NCBI GenBank assembly: GCA_001304315.1
Contig: LJUW01000004.1
Location: 1,018 to 65,017, forward strand
Direction: 5' to 3'
Length of the DNA: 64,000 nucleotides
Source of the DNA: a candidate division Zixibacteria bacterium SM23_73_2
GTDB lineage: Bacteria; Zixibacteria; MSB-5A5; SM23-73-2
The position numbers and the translations under genes were made by a program. Under the pieces are notes generated by a model. That model saw only the letters and a list, made by a program, of their open reading frames with translations, did no database searches and was not told the DNA's origin. Numbering within the stretch: the first letter of the stretch is position 1; the number at the start of each line of letters is the position of its first letter. Below are positions 26,717-36,482 of this stretch, piece by piece.

Positions 26717-28957
26717 TCACCAGCAGGGATCAGATCCGCCTTTTAAAAGGTAATTAGCTAAATAGATAATATCCGCCACTTCAGTAGAATCATTACAATC
26801 AACATCCCCGCACTCCAAAGGATTTGGTGCAGGACCTGATTTGAACAGATAATTAGCCAAGAAAACCACATCTGCCAGATTCACTTTATCATCGTAAATC
26901 AGATCGCATTGTGCAGTTGTGTCGTATTCAACCACCATAGTGAAATCCTGTGTATCGGTGATGTTATCCGCATCTTCCACCTGGACGGTGAAATAAAAAG
27001 TGTCAGCCACAAAGGGAGCTCCGGAGATAATCCCTGAAGAAGAGCTCAGGGAAAGCCCATCCGGAAAATCACCGGATATAACCGACCACTCATAAGGGGA
27101 GGTTCCACCTTTAGCCTTTATGGTATCGTAATAGGTCCAGAAGGTCTTTCCATCGGTCAATGAAGATGTGACAATGTTTAATTCATAGTCTTCTTCAGTT
27201 GAAACCTTCAAGATCCAGTCATCGGTGTCCAGTTCCAGCTTCTGAGGAAGAACGTCAACAGTCAATTTAAGGTCCTGTGAACGCATATCGTTAAAAACCA
27301 CCAGAGTGGTCTCCACAGCGCTTGTGGTATCCCTTATGGTTATGTCAATGGGCATGGTATAAACCTGTGGTTCGGATGGCTGCATCTGGTCTATATGCAG
27401 ATACACCTCATAACCCTCGAAAGAAGTATCCGAAGCCCAGGAATATTGGTAGCTTGGATGGTATTCACCGTAAATCCACTCCTGGAAAAACCAGTCCAAG
27501 TCATCTCCGTAAACGTCCTCACACACCCCATGAAAATCCTCGGTAACGGCAGTTCCATTAGCATAACGGGGATCGGAATAGTAGGCTTTCAGGATGTCGA
27601 AAAATGTCGAATCCCCTACCACATGCCTGAGCATATGCAGAACCCAGGCTCCCTTATCGTACACTATCAAATCGAAAATAGCCCAGACATCGGAGGTGTC
27701 TTCCACATATACTGTTCCTCCATCCAGCCACTCCATATACCCCATATGCTCGTGATAAGCAACCTCACCATAATAATGCTCACGAAAAAGCGCCTCGCAA
27801 TAGGATGCGAATCCCTCGTTTAACCAGATGTGGTGCCAGTCCCTGCAGGTTATGTAATCCCCCCACCACTGATGAGCCAGCTCGTGCACGGTCAGAGACC
27901 AAACGTAATACCAGTAGATAATGCTGGTGCAGGTCTGATGCTCCATCCCCCCACCCCACTTGAAATGTGCCATACCGTATTTTTCCGACAAAAAAGGGTA
28001 TTCCCCGAAAGCCTGGGCATAGTATTCTATTGCCGGAACGGTAACCAAGTAATGCGCCTGGGCAGTGCCCTGATAATCGGGAAAAACATAAAATACGACA
28101 TCCATCGAGTCGGTTGGGGAATAGTGGTAATAATAGGTAAATTCAGAATAGGCATAAATTGTAACTGATATAAGATAGGTGGTTATGGGGTAGGACTCGT
28201 GCCATTTATATGTTTTCGTTCCCTCAGGATTGGTAACTGTATCCCTCAAAGTTCCATTGGAGGCAACGATAAGGTCGGGTCTTACGGTTATGTTGATATC
28301 AGCCGAATCAGCCTTATCATGAGGAAAATCCTTGCAGGGCCACCAGTTGCGGGCAAAGAAGGGTTCACTCAAGCTCGATATCATTGGGTAGCCATTATAG
28401 GTTTCGAAGGTAAAAGCCTGAAATCCTCCCGGCTCCGGATGCCCGTGATAGAAAACCGAGACCACAAACTTCTCACCGGTATTGTATGCTCTATCCATGG
28501 TTACGTCTATTAAGTTATTACTATGGACAAAGGCAAGAGAAGAACCTCCCAGCTTAACCGAGTCAACAGTCAAGGAATCGATTAAATTAAGGGTAACCAG
28601 GGTTAACCCGTCAATTTTGCTTTCCGCTTCCATATCCACCCAACCGGATACGGTCTCGTTTGTGTCGTCGATGGTCAGATTCAGTCCGTAATACAAAGCA
28701 TCATAATCATCCTGCGCAGCGGGCATCTTCGTATCCACCAGTTTCATTGCCTCCCTTTCCCTCAAAAGCTTTCTGGCTTTCATCTCCCCCAGCATCTTGT
28801 GGAGATCCTTTGGGCTCATCTCGGTTACAACCTTTTTATCCTGTTCTGGTTCAAATTGAGCTCCGATAATTACAAACCCTGATATTAAAAAAACGATCAC
28901 CAGGATAATAATTACTATGAGATATTTCAAATCAAACCTCCGATTGTAAAAGTACAA
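26717..28957 (-). CDS. Secreted M1-family (aminopeptidase N-like) zinc metallopeptidase with C-terminal dockerin-like domain
   Basis: Gluzincin 'HELAHQWWGD...x18...EGFASYCE'. N-terminal signal/TM. The last ~60 aa carry two dockerin-type Ca-binding-like repeats 'DDKVNLADVVFLANYLFKSG' and 'DVDCNDSTEVADIIYLANYLLKGG'. Confidence 0.8.
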   Translation of the reverse strand: MYFYNRRFDLKYLIVIIILVIVFLISGFVIIGAQFEPEQDKKVVTEMSPKDLHKMLGEMKARKLLREREAMKLVDTKMPAAQDDYDALYYGLNLTIDDTNETVSGWVDMEAESKIDGLTLVTLNLIDSLTVDSVKLGGSSLAFVHSNNLIDVTMDRAYNTGEKFVVSVFYHGHPEPGGFQAFTFETYNGYPMISSLSEPFFARNWWPCKDFPHDKADSADINITVRPDLIVASNGTLRDTVTNPEGTKTYKWHESYPITTYLISVTIYAYSEFTYYYHYSPTDSMDVVFYVFPDYQGTAQAHYLVTVPAIEYYAQAFGEYPFLSEKYGMAHFKWGGGMEHQTCTSIIYWYYVWSLTVHELAHQWWGDYITCRDWHHIWLNEGFASYCEALFREHYYGEVAYHEHMGYMEWLDGGTVYVEDTSDVWAIFDLIVYDKGAWVLHMLRHVVGDSTFFDILKAYYSDPRYANGTAVTEDFHGVCEDVYGDDLDWFFQEWIYGEYHPSYQYSWASDTSFEGYEVYLHIDQMQPSEPQVYTMPIDITIRDTTSAVETTLVVFNDMRSQDLKLTVDVLPQKLELDTDDWILKVSTEEDYELNIVTSSLTDGKTFWTYYDTIKAKGGTSPYEWSVISGDFPDGLSLSSSSGIISGAPFVADTFYFTVQVEDADNITDTQDFTMVVEYDTTAQCDLIYDDKVNLADVVFLANYLFKSGPAPNPLECGDVDCNDSTEVADIIYLANYLLKGGSDPCW

Positions 28958-29103
28958 TCATAACAAAAGGCTAACTTTGTATAGTTAATCCCATGCTATG
29001 AATTTAATATAAATTCTCTATTTGTCAATAAGCCGATCAACCTATAGTAATTACGGTCTATGAAAAGTCAAATTTGTAAAGTGAAATTTTGTAGCTGTTG
29101 CCG

Positions 29104-29262
29104 AAGTCTACAAATGTCACCCTGCCTGTCCCTGGCAGTCAGGCCGGGAAACGAAGTGAAGGGTCTTTTATTTCGTAGGAAATTCGAAGAATGCTTCGCA
29201 AATGAGATTCTTCCCCCCGCTGTTAGCGGGAGTCAGAATGACACAATGCCTGCCCAGCCAGA
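29104..29262. repeat. MITE-like GC-rich palindromic element, copy B (inverted relative to copy A, with 27-bp internal insertion)
   Basis: Reverse complement aligns to 14010-14145 ('cccgctaacagcggg', 'aagaatctcatttgcgaagcattctt', 'aaaagacccttcacttcg'). The spurious ORF 29060-29302 is its translation. Confidence 0.65.
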
Positions 29263-29397
29263 GGTATTGATCAACATCCCCTTTTGTAGTGTAAAGTATT
29301 AGTTGATATAATTAATACTTTAAAATGAAATGCGGTAAATCAAACAACAATAAAAAGCAAAGGATCTACTCTTTTTTGATACTACTCTTTAGTTCGC

Positions 29398-30777
29398 TTA
29401 AACGGATTTTCGTGAAAGCTTAGCAACAGATTCAACGTGATAGGTGTGAGGGAACATATCTATGGGCACGACTTCGTCTAATGAATATTCTTTTTCACAT
29501 AATATTTTTAGATCGCGAGATAAAGTAGCAGGGTTGCAGGAGACGTATATTATTTTCTGTGGTTTTAAATTCAAAATTGATTTAACCACCTTGGGATGCA
29601 AACCCGCTCTGGGGGGATCAACCACCACCAGGTGGAATTTTTCACCTTCGCTTTGAAATTTCGACAGAACCGCCTTTGCCTCACCTAAGATGAATTTGCA
29701 ATTTTTCACCCCATTTATCCCCGCATTAAGCTCTGCATCCTGGCAAGCCTTAACTGAGGAATCAACTCCCAAAACCTCCTTAGCCTCAGATGAGAGGAAA
29801 ATAGAGATGGTGCCGGTTCCGGAATAAAGGTCTAAAACTCTTTCACTGCCATCCAGATCAGCTAAATCCAGAACTTTGTCGAAAAGCTTTTTCGCCTGAA
29901 GGGTATTGGTCTGGAAAAAGGAGTTGGCAGAGATACAAAACAAAAACCGGTCCAGTCTCTCGGTGATGCTTCTCTCTCCAAATAATACCTTCTCCTCCTC
30001 ACCCACCGCAATGTTGGCTAATTTCTTATTTATGTTTCTCACGATGCTTTTAACTTTAGGAAATTTATCTTTTAACCTCTGGCAAAGCTCTTGCGCATCA
30101 AAAAACTCGCCCTTGTGGGTAACGATGTTGACCATCACCTCTTCTGTGTTTTTCCCCTCCCTTATGACCAAAAATCTGAAAAATCCCTGGTGTGATTTTG
30201 AGTCGTAGGCAGAGAGTTTTCCACCTCTGCAGAAATCCCTTACCAAAACTATTATCTGGTTGGAAGTCTGTGACTGCAAAAAGCATTCTTTCAAATCGAA
30301 AACCCGATCATACCGACCATCCGGGTGAAGACCTAAAATCAAATCCCCCTTTTCATCTCTATCAAAGGAAAACTCCATTTTGTTGCGATAATAAAATGTG
30401 TTATCCGAACCCAAGATGGGTAAAATCTTTGGATTTTCAAAACCGCCAATATGAATCAAACTCTCCCTAACCTGCTTTTCTTTGTATTCCAATTGATGCT
30501 CGTATTTCAGATTCTGAAATTTGCATCCCCCACAAAGACCAAAATGGGAACAAAGGGGCTCTGCTCTGAGATTGGATTTTTTTATCAACTCGACTTTTTC
30601 TGCTAAAGCAAAAGTCCTCTTTTTTTTCAATACCTTAGCTTTTAACCTGTCCCCGGGAATTCCCCCTTTGACCAGCACCACCATACCATCCAATTTAGCC
30701 ACACCCCTTCCCCCAAAAGCTAAGTCGAACACCTCCAAGTCTACAATATCATCTTTTTTTATCTTTGTGTTCATCAC
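29398..30777 (-). CDS. rlmD: 23S rRNA (uracil-C5)-methyltransferase RlmD/RumA family
   Basis: N-terminal TRAM domain, 4Fe-4S Cys 'CSHFGLCGGC', SAM-MTase 'VLDLYSGTGT', 'DPPRAG', and a C-terminal catalytic Cys region. Confidence 0.8.
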   Translation of the reverse strand: MMNTKIKKDDIVDLEVFDLAFGGRGVAKLDGMVVLVKGGIPGDRLKAKVLKKKRTFALAEKVELIKKSNLRAEPLCSHFGLCGGCKFQNLKYEHQLEYKEKQVRESLIHIGGFENPKILPILGSDNTFYYRNKMEFSFDRDEKGDLILGLHPDGRYDRVFDLKECFLQSQTSNQIIVLVRDFCRGGKLSAYDSKSHQGFFRFLVIREGKNTEEVMVNIVTHKGEFFDAQELCQRLKDKFPKVKSIVRNINKKLANIAVGEEEKVLFGERSITERLDRFLFCISANSFFQTNTLQAKKLFDKVLDLADLDGSERVLDLYSGTGTISIFLSSEAKEVLGVDSSVKACQDAELNAGINGVKNCKFILGEAKAVLSKFQSEGEKFHLVVVDPPRAGLHPKVVKSILNLKPQKIIYVSCNPATLSRDLKILCEKEYSLDEVVPIDMFPHTYHVESVAKLSRKSV

Positions 30778-31270
30778 CTTTTTGGTTTGAAAGATAATTT
30801 AAAAGCCCTCCTTTTTGAGCTATCTCCAGCTCCAGACCAGAGATCGGCTTTCCCCTTATTTCCTTTTTGGTGGTTAAGTTTCTGATCAAACCACTCTGAG
30901 GCTCAACTTCAAGCTCATCCCCGGTTTTGACCTTTTCGGATATACCCTCGCATTCCAGAAGCGGAAATCCCAAATTTATGGAGTTACGGTAAAAAATCCT
31001 GGAGAAGGACTCGGCCACAACACAACTTACACCTGCTTCCCTCAGGCACACGACCGCATGCTCCCTGGAGCTCCCGCATCCGAAGTTTTTGCCAGCTACT
31101 ATAATATCTCCGGATTTTACCTTCCTGGTAAAATTTTCAAAACCGGGCACAAACTCCATGGCATGCTTTGCCATCTCCTTCGGATCGGTTAAGGGAAGGT
31201 ACTGGCCGTGATAGATCTGATCGGTATCGATGTTATCACCTGTAACCCAGGCTTTACCTTTGTTTAGCAT
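30749..31270 (-). CDS. Aconitase-family small subunit (3-isopropylmalate dehydratase LeuD-like), orphan
   Basis: 'WVTGDNIDTDQI' and 'AGKNFGCGSSREHA' swivel-domain motifs. No adjacent large subunit. 3' end overlaps the rlmD start by 29 bp. Confidence 0.7.
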   Translation of the reverse strand: MLNKGKAWVTGDNIDTDQIYHGQYLPLTDPKEMAKHAMEFVPGFENFTRKVKSGDIIVAGKNFGCGSSREHAVVCLREAGVSCVVAESFSRIFYRNSINLGFPLLECEGISEKVKTGDELEVEPQSGLIRNLTTKKEIRGKPISGLELEIAQKGGLLNYLSNQKGDEHKDKKR

Positions 31271-31557
31271 CTTTTTCTCCTTATTTTTATCCTTGAATTA
31301 AAATTACATATGATAAACTTATCCGTTTATATTCAATAACTTATAAAAACACAGATAACCTTTTTAATATTTTTTGATATTGATAATCAATTTCAATTTC
31401 CTGAGTATAGTCATCCGTATATATGTCGAAAGATAAATATAGCGAAATGACGCTGTTTTTGTCAAACAAAAATCGCATTACCGACTTGACAAATAAGCAT
31501 TTTCTATTATAATATATTGGAAGACAAATGATTGTTAACCTCAGTAGAGGTGATAAA

Positions 31558-33816
31558 ATGAAAAAGCCCCTGATTTTAAACCTATTTCTAACAGGTTTCT
31601 TTTTAGCTTTACTATTCATACCATACCAGGCTTTTTCCACAGATCATGCCAGAGTAAAATCCGATCTTTCAGATCTTAGAGTTGAAAAAAAGAACGGGTA
31701 TGATCAGGTTACCTTAGAAGATGCACATAGCTTCGCCCCACCGGGTGCTCCTGACCTGCCAGTAAAAATTTTTAGGGTCTATGTCCCTCAGGATTTAGAG
31801 CTTGGGGACGTCATTTTGACCTATAAAGAAAAAACCGTCCTTGCTGAAGAATACTGGATTTCTCCTGTTCAGCCGGAGGTTCCTCTGTCGCAGCTTGAAG
31901 CTGGGAAAATCGAGACTATCCCCCCGGATCCTGCAATATACGGCTCTGCAACTGAATTCCCGGGCAAGCTTCTGGAATTGGGCTCCGGCGGATTTATGAT
32001 GGGGCAAAAGATCGCCGAGATCTTCGTGTATCCTTTACAATACATTCCCTCTGAGAAAAAACTTATCCTTATAACCGATATGGAGCTTGAATTCGTGTAT
32101 GAAAAATCACAGAAAAAGCCTTTACCCACTTATAACCTGACAGAAAAAGCAGCTAAGTTCCGATCAGATATGGTCAAAAATATCGTTATTAATCCCCAGG
32201 AGGTAGAAGTTTCTCCAAAAGGATTCTCAGCCCAGGATACCCTGATAGAGTATCTGATAATAACTCCCAACTCATTTATCCCAGCTTTTCAACCTCTGGT
32301 TGAGTGGAAAAGCCAGAAGGGAATCTTAATCGACATAAAAACGACCGAGTGGATATACTCCAATTTTACCGGGGATGACGACCAGGAAAAGATAAGAAAC
32401 TTCATCCGACACGCCTTTCAGAATTACGGAACCTTGTGGGTTCTTCTGGGAGGGGACATCCAGTACGTTCCTCACCGGTTAGCCTGGGCTTTCATCTACG
32501 ACGGCGACTGGAGAGACGATATTCCGGCTGACCTTTACTATTCCGATCTGGACGGTGACTGGAACTGGGACGGCGACGACCGTTTCGGCGAATACTGCGA
32601 TTCGGTTGACCTTTATCCTGACGTTCTGGTGGGGAGGGTTCCCGCCAACACGGAAAATCATATTCAAGCTTTTGTTAATAAGGTCTTAACTTACGAGAAA
32701 AATCCCCCGGATGACTATACCACCAAGGTTCTTATGGCTGGCGGGATCCTGTGGGATTCCCCCTACACCGACGGGGGTGTACTGAAAAACGTGATTCAGA
32801 ATATTTACCTGCCCGAGTATTTCGACGTGACCAAACTGTATGAAAGCGAGAATACTTTAAACAAAACCAGCTTCAGAAACAATTTCAACTCCGGGATGAA
32901 CATAATAAACCATTATCACCACGGAAGCGTAAGCGGGTTTGACGTAGGAACGGGTTACTGGTACAAACAGGATATGGACGATTTGACCAACTCCTCCAAG
33001 CCGTCGGTTCTCTATACCATTTCCTGCCTTTCCAATGCTTTTGACATGGATTGCCTGGGAGAACATTCCATCAGGAACCCGGATGGAGGATGCGTGGCTT
33101 ACATAGGAAACAGCCGCTATGGCTGGGGTTCTCCAGGATCTCCCACCCAGGGTTCAGGACCACAGATGGACATGAAATTCTTCAGTTATCTTTTTACCCA
33201 AAACAGCTATCATGCCGGAAAAACCCTGGCTGATGCCAAATCCTATTACGTTCCCCAGGCCCGGGTTCAAAGCTCCGGGAATTACTTGAGATGGGCGATT
33301 TACGCTTTGAACCTTATGGGCGATCCTGAACTCTGCATCTGGAACGATTCTCTAGCTGAACTGATAGTGTCCCATCCCAAAAAGCTTCAACCGGGAGCTC
33401 ACCAGATCAATGTTGAGGTCAGCAATGCAGGTGAGCCTTTATCCGGAGCCTTAGCATGTTTAAGCAATGATCCGGAGATCTATTTCAGGGATACCACAGA
33501 TTCGGTCGGTGAAGTCGGCTTCAGTCTGGATGTAATGGATACCTGCCAGGTCCTTCTGGTGGTAACCTCCCACAACTACGTTCCCTACCAGTATCCCATT
33601 GAGTTCGTAGATTACCAGCCCGGAGATGCCAATGGCGACGGCTCTTTGAACGTTTCCGACTGCATTTTTCTGGCTAACTACCTTCTCAAGCAGGGCCAGG
33701 CACCAGATCCTCTGGATCTGGGAGAAGCTGACTGCAATGGCAGCATAAATTTATCTGACGTTATAATTATCGCAAACTACTATTTTAAGGGGGGGCCTAC
33801 CCCATGTAGCTTTTAG
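31558..33816 (+). CDS. Secreted peptidase C25 (gingipain-like) family protein with C-terminal dockerin-like domain
   Basis: Start moved to the ATG at 31558 (MKKPL..., signal peptide). 'WVLLGGDIQYVPHR' and 'YYSDLDGDWNWDGD' match C25 caspase-like fold hallmarks. C-terminal repeats 'DANGDGSLNVSDCIFLANYLLKQG' and 'DCNGSINLSDVIIIANYYFKGG'. Confidence 0.7.
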   Translation: MKKPLILNLFLTGFFLALLFIPYQAFSTDHARVKSDLSDLRVEKKNGYDQVTLEDAHSFAPPGAPDLPVKIFRVYVPQDLELGDVILTYKEKTVLAEEYWISPVQPEVPLSQLEAGKIETIPPDPAIYGSATEFPGKLLELGSGGFMMGQKIAEIFVYPLQYIPSEKKLILITDMELEFVYEKSQKKPLPTYNLTEKAAKFRSDMVKNIVINPQEVEVSPKGFSAQDTLIEYLIITPNSFIPAFQPLVEWKSQKGILIDIKTTEWIYSNFTGDDDQEKIRNFIRHAFQNYGTLWVLLGGDIQYVPHRLAWAFIYDGDWRDDIPADLYYSDLDGDWNWDGDDRFGEYCDSVDLYPDVLVGRVPANTENHIQAFVNKVLTYEKNPPDDYTTKVLMAGGILWDSPYTDGGVLKNVIQNIYLPEYFDVTKLYESENTLNKTSFRNNFNSGMNIINHYHHGSVSGFDVGTGYWYKQDMDDLTNSSKPSVLYTISCLSNAFDMDCLGEHSIRNPDGGCVAYIGNSRYGWGSPGSPTQGSGPQMDMKFFSYLFTQNSYHAGKTLADAKSYYVPQARVQSSGNYLRWAIYALNLMGDPELCIWNDSLAELIVSHPKKLQPGAHQINVEVSNAGEPLSGALACLSNDPEIYFRDTTDSVGEVGFSLDVMDTCQVLLVVTSHNYVPYQYPIEFVDYQPGDANGDGSLNVSDCIFLANYLLKQGQAPDPLDLGEADCNGSINLSDVIIIANYYFKGGPTPCSF

Positions 33817-33848
33817 CTACCTCAGAGTCCGCTATCCTAAAATGGGGA

Positions 33849-33881
33849 AATCCTGCGAGAGGGGATCGCAGGATTTTTTTG
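33849..33881 (+). terminator. Rho-independent terminator after the C25 peptidase gene
   Basis: 9-bp stem 'atcctgcga/tcgcaggat', loop 'gagggga', then TTTTTTTG. Confidence 0.65.
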
Positions 33882-34073
33882 TTTCTATTTCTGGAGTACT
33901 GCAATTTATTGTGGCTTGAAAGAACAAAGTTCGGCTCTTCGATAAATATTCTAACTTAGATTATCAATGGGAAAATGTAACTTTATCCTTCAGGATTGAA
34001 TTTAGATACATCCAACTAACTAAAGTGTCATTCTCTAATCATCAGAATGATTTAGATAAACGTATTTATTCCC

Positions 34074-35267
34074 CTATATACGCTTTTCAATTCTATACAA
34101 ATATTTAATTCCGGATTTATCAATGGTAAGAAAATAGACAATCTTTTCAATACCATTCACGACCTGAAGTACTCCGTTGAATTTATCTTTACTAAGAAAT
34201 CTTCCCGTATTCGGGTCAATTTCAAAACAAAAAGTTGCCATGGTTTGTTTCACCCCAGTAAAGAAGTAGTAATCAATTATACCTGTCAAAAGATATAATT
34301 TTGTGCCATCAAAGTATAATGCTCCATAGTTATTACAACTCTCTTTCTCTTCTGTTTCAATAGTTTGACTCCAAATTACTTTTCCTCCATTCAAATTATC
34401 TAAAAGGGATAAAACCTTTGGTTCCTTATTCGATTTTCCGTAAAGTGCTACGAATCTCCCATACTCAGAAATTGCAGATGAGAAGTGCCTTTCATTCTTA
34501 TTCCAAAGTTGGTTACTATTCCTGTCAAAAGAAAAAAGAGTCCAGCCATTAAAAAGAACGAAATAATTTTCATCATAAGAACAAGTAAATTCTGGAAAAC
34601 CATAAAAGAAAGGACGGTTATCAGTGAACCTGAACTTCCAGATCTCTTTGCCTGTTAAAGCATTAAAAAGATAACAGTGATCCAGGTAAAAACATAACAA
34701 CTCGCTGTCAGATAAAGCCTCTACTTGCCAGTCACCAGAAAGATGGAGTGACCACAATTCCCCTCCATCCTCATTATATACTCTTAGAGGATCATAAGAG
34801 TGTATGTTTTGCTTGGTATAGTAAAACTCACTACTTGGTGATGAGTGAAGCCCCCCTATGTTCCTTGTAAGTTTCCATATGTTTTTGCCTTTATTATTAA
34901 AAACGTGTGCCTCGCCTATCCCTTTCCCTGTCAGAACCAGTAGTTTTTCATCCCTTTGATCAACCAAGTCATACCATAAAAAGTGTCCAATATCATCCGA
35001 GACTGACCACTTAACACTATCCTTATAATTAATAAAAGTAATCATTTTTTGATTTCCATTCTTTGTCAAAATTGCTATACAATCTCCAATCGTTTTAAAG
35101 TTCACAATCTTCCCTGAAAACTCCATTGACCAAGTGATTTCTGAATTGGGAAAAACTTTTAATATTTCCTTTTCTGGAGTTGTTTGTCCAACTACAAAAC
35201 CATGAAAGGTAAACAGTATAAAAAGTAAACAAAATGAAAAACACACAACTTTTAGGTTCTTTAACAT
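34074..35267 (-). CDS. Secreted PQQ-like beta-propeller repeat protein (BamB-like fold), low-GC gene
   Basis: Likely start MLKNLKV.. (signal peptide). Recurring '(I/L)W(K/S)' beta-propeller blade motifs. About 33% GC versus about 42% in the neighbours. Confidence 0.4.
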   Translation of the reverse strand: MLKNLKVVCFSFCLLFILFTFHGFVVGQTTPEKEILKVFPNSEITWSMEFSGKIVNFKTIGDCIAILTKNGNQKMITFINYKDSVKWSVSDDIGHFLWYDLVDQRDEKLLVLTGKGIGEAHVFNNKGKNIWKLTRNIGGLHSSPSSEFYYTKQNIHSYDPLRVYNEDGGELWSLHLSGDWQVEALSDSELLCFYLDHCYLFNALTGKEIWKFRFTDNRPFFYGFPEFTCSYDENYFVLFNGWTLFSFDRNSNQLWNKNERHFSSAISEYGRFVALYGKSNKEPKVLSLLDNLNGGKVIWSQTIETEEKESCNNYGALYFDGTKLYLLTGIIDYYFFTGVKQTMATFCFEIDPNTGRFLSKDKFNGVLQVVNGIEKIVYFLTIDKSGIKYLYRIEKRI

Positions 35268-35340
35268 AGCCTGACCTTCACATTTTATGTAAAAAGTCAA
35301 AGTGCTTTAACTCGTTTAAGCAACTAATCCTGTCAAATTC

Positions 35341-36474
35341 CTACCTCCCTATCCTCCTCGACAACCAGGATTTCTCCAGATAGACCGCCCGGTGAGGACA
35401 TAGCTCGTGACAGCACATACAATTGATGCAATTTTTATAGTCATAGACCGGAGTTGGATCCCCGGGATAAATGGTTTTAACCGGGCAGTTCTCCACACAG
35501 ACGTTGCAGTTGGTGCAGTTCCCATCTAATATAGCAGGTCTGACCCAGATATAGGGAGCCAAAAGCTTAACCAAAAATTTGGGAATAAGCCTTAAGAATC
35601 TATTGGAGGGAAGCTTTAAGTCAAACATGGAAAAATCGGGTAGATCATCCCCCAGGATCTCGATCTGGGAAAGGTCCCCTCTCCCCAATCCCCTTTCAGA
35701 GGCAATGTTAGTAGTATCAATCTCGCCATCCTTGAAACCATAAATCCTCGCTGTCACCGAATCTAAAGCCACAGCATCCTCGGAAGCCAGGATAATACCC
35801 AAATAGGTCGGGTTACCGGAGGCAGGACCATCCCCGGACATGCAAACCACCGCATCAACTATGTTCAGATGCGGTTTGACCAGGGAAAAAATGTCCACCA
35901 CCACTTCGGCAAAGTCTCTGGGTCCGGGTGCCTCCTTATGATATTCCCCTTTTCTGAAACCGGGAATAACCCCGAACATGTTCTTGATCCCACAGGTCAA
36001 AAGGGTTAAAGTATGGGTCTTCAGCTTGGGAAGGCTGATTATAACATCGAAGTCCAAAGCTGGTTTAGCAATGAAATAGGTTTTCCCTGAAGAAGTTTCT
36101 TTCCTGTAAACGCCTTCCTTCTCAAATGATAGAAGCTCAGCTCCGGTTTTTTCGGAGACCTCTGCCATACCGGTGTTTTTCCAAAGCCTCTCAATACCTT
36201 TCTCAGTTCCTCCGGGGCTATCTCCGATAAAGGGAATCCCGCCTAATTTTTTGACCTCCTCTATCACCGCCAGGACCAAAGAGGGATGGGTGGTAACAGC
36301 CCTTTCTGGTTCCCTGGCAGATAGAAGATTCGGTTTTACCAGCACCCGGTCATTCTTTTTTACGAATCTTTTCAGCCCGCCCAGATATTCTAAAGAACGT
36401 TTGAGTGCTTCTCTAACGTTATCCAGCTGGTAATCCTGACACCTGGTGATAAAAACCTTGCTTTTATCCGGCAT
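35341..36474 (-). CDS. DUF362 domain protein with C-terminal 4Fe-4S dicluster ferredoxin domain
   Basis: DUF362 core plus 'CTNCNVCVENCP' and 'CINCMCCHELCP' ferredoxin motifs. Confidence 0.7.
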   Translation of the reverse strand: MPDKSKVFITRCQDYQLDNVREALKRSLEYLGGLKRFVKKNDRVLVKPNLLSAREPERAVTTHPSLVLAVIEEVKKLGGIPFIGDSPGGTEKGIERLWKNTGMAEVSEKTGAELLSFEKEGVYRKETSSGKTYFIAKPALDFDVIISLPKLKTHTLTLLTCGIKNMFGVIPGFRKGEYHKEAPGPRDFAEVVVDIFSLVKPHLNIVDAVVCMSGDGPASGNPTYLGIILASEDAVALDSVTARIYGFKDGEIDTTNIASERGLGRGDLSQIEILGDDLPDFSMFDLKLPSNRFLRLIPKFLVKLLAPYIWVRPAILDGNCTNCNVCVENCPVKTIYPGDPTPVYDYKNCINCMCCHELCPHRAVYLEKSWLSRRIGR

Positions 36475-36482
36475 TTTTCAAC

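Noticed and set aside
31528-31557. Upstream extension of the C25 peptidase ORF (MIVNLSRGDK-)
   Set aside because: The signal peptide starts at the internal Met (MKKPLILNLFLTGFF...). The extension is short and not hydrophobic, and the ATG at 31558 is the more likely start.
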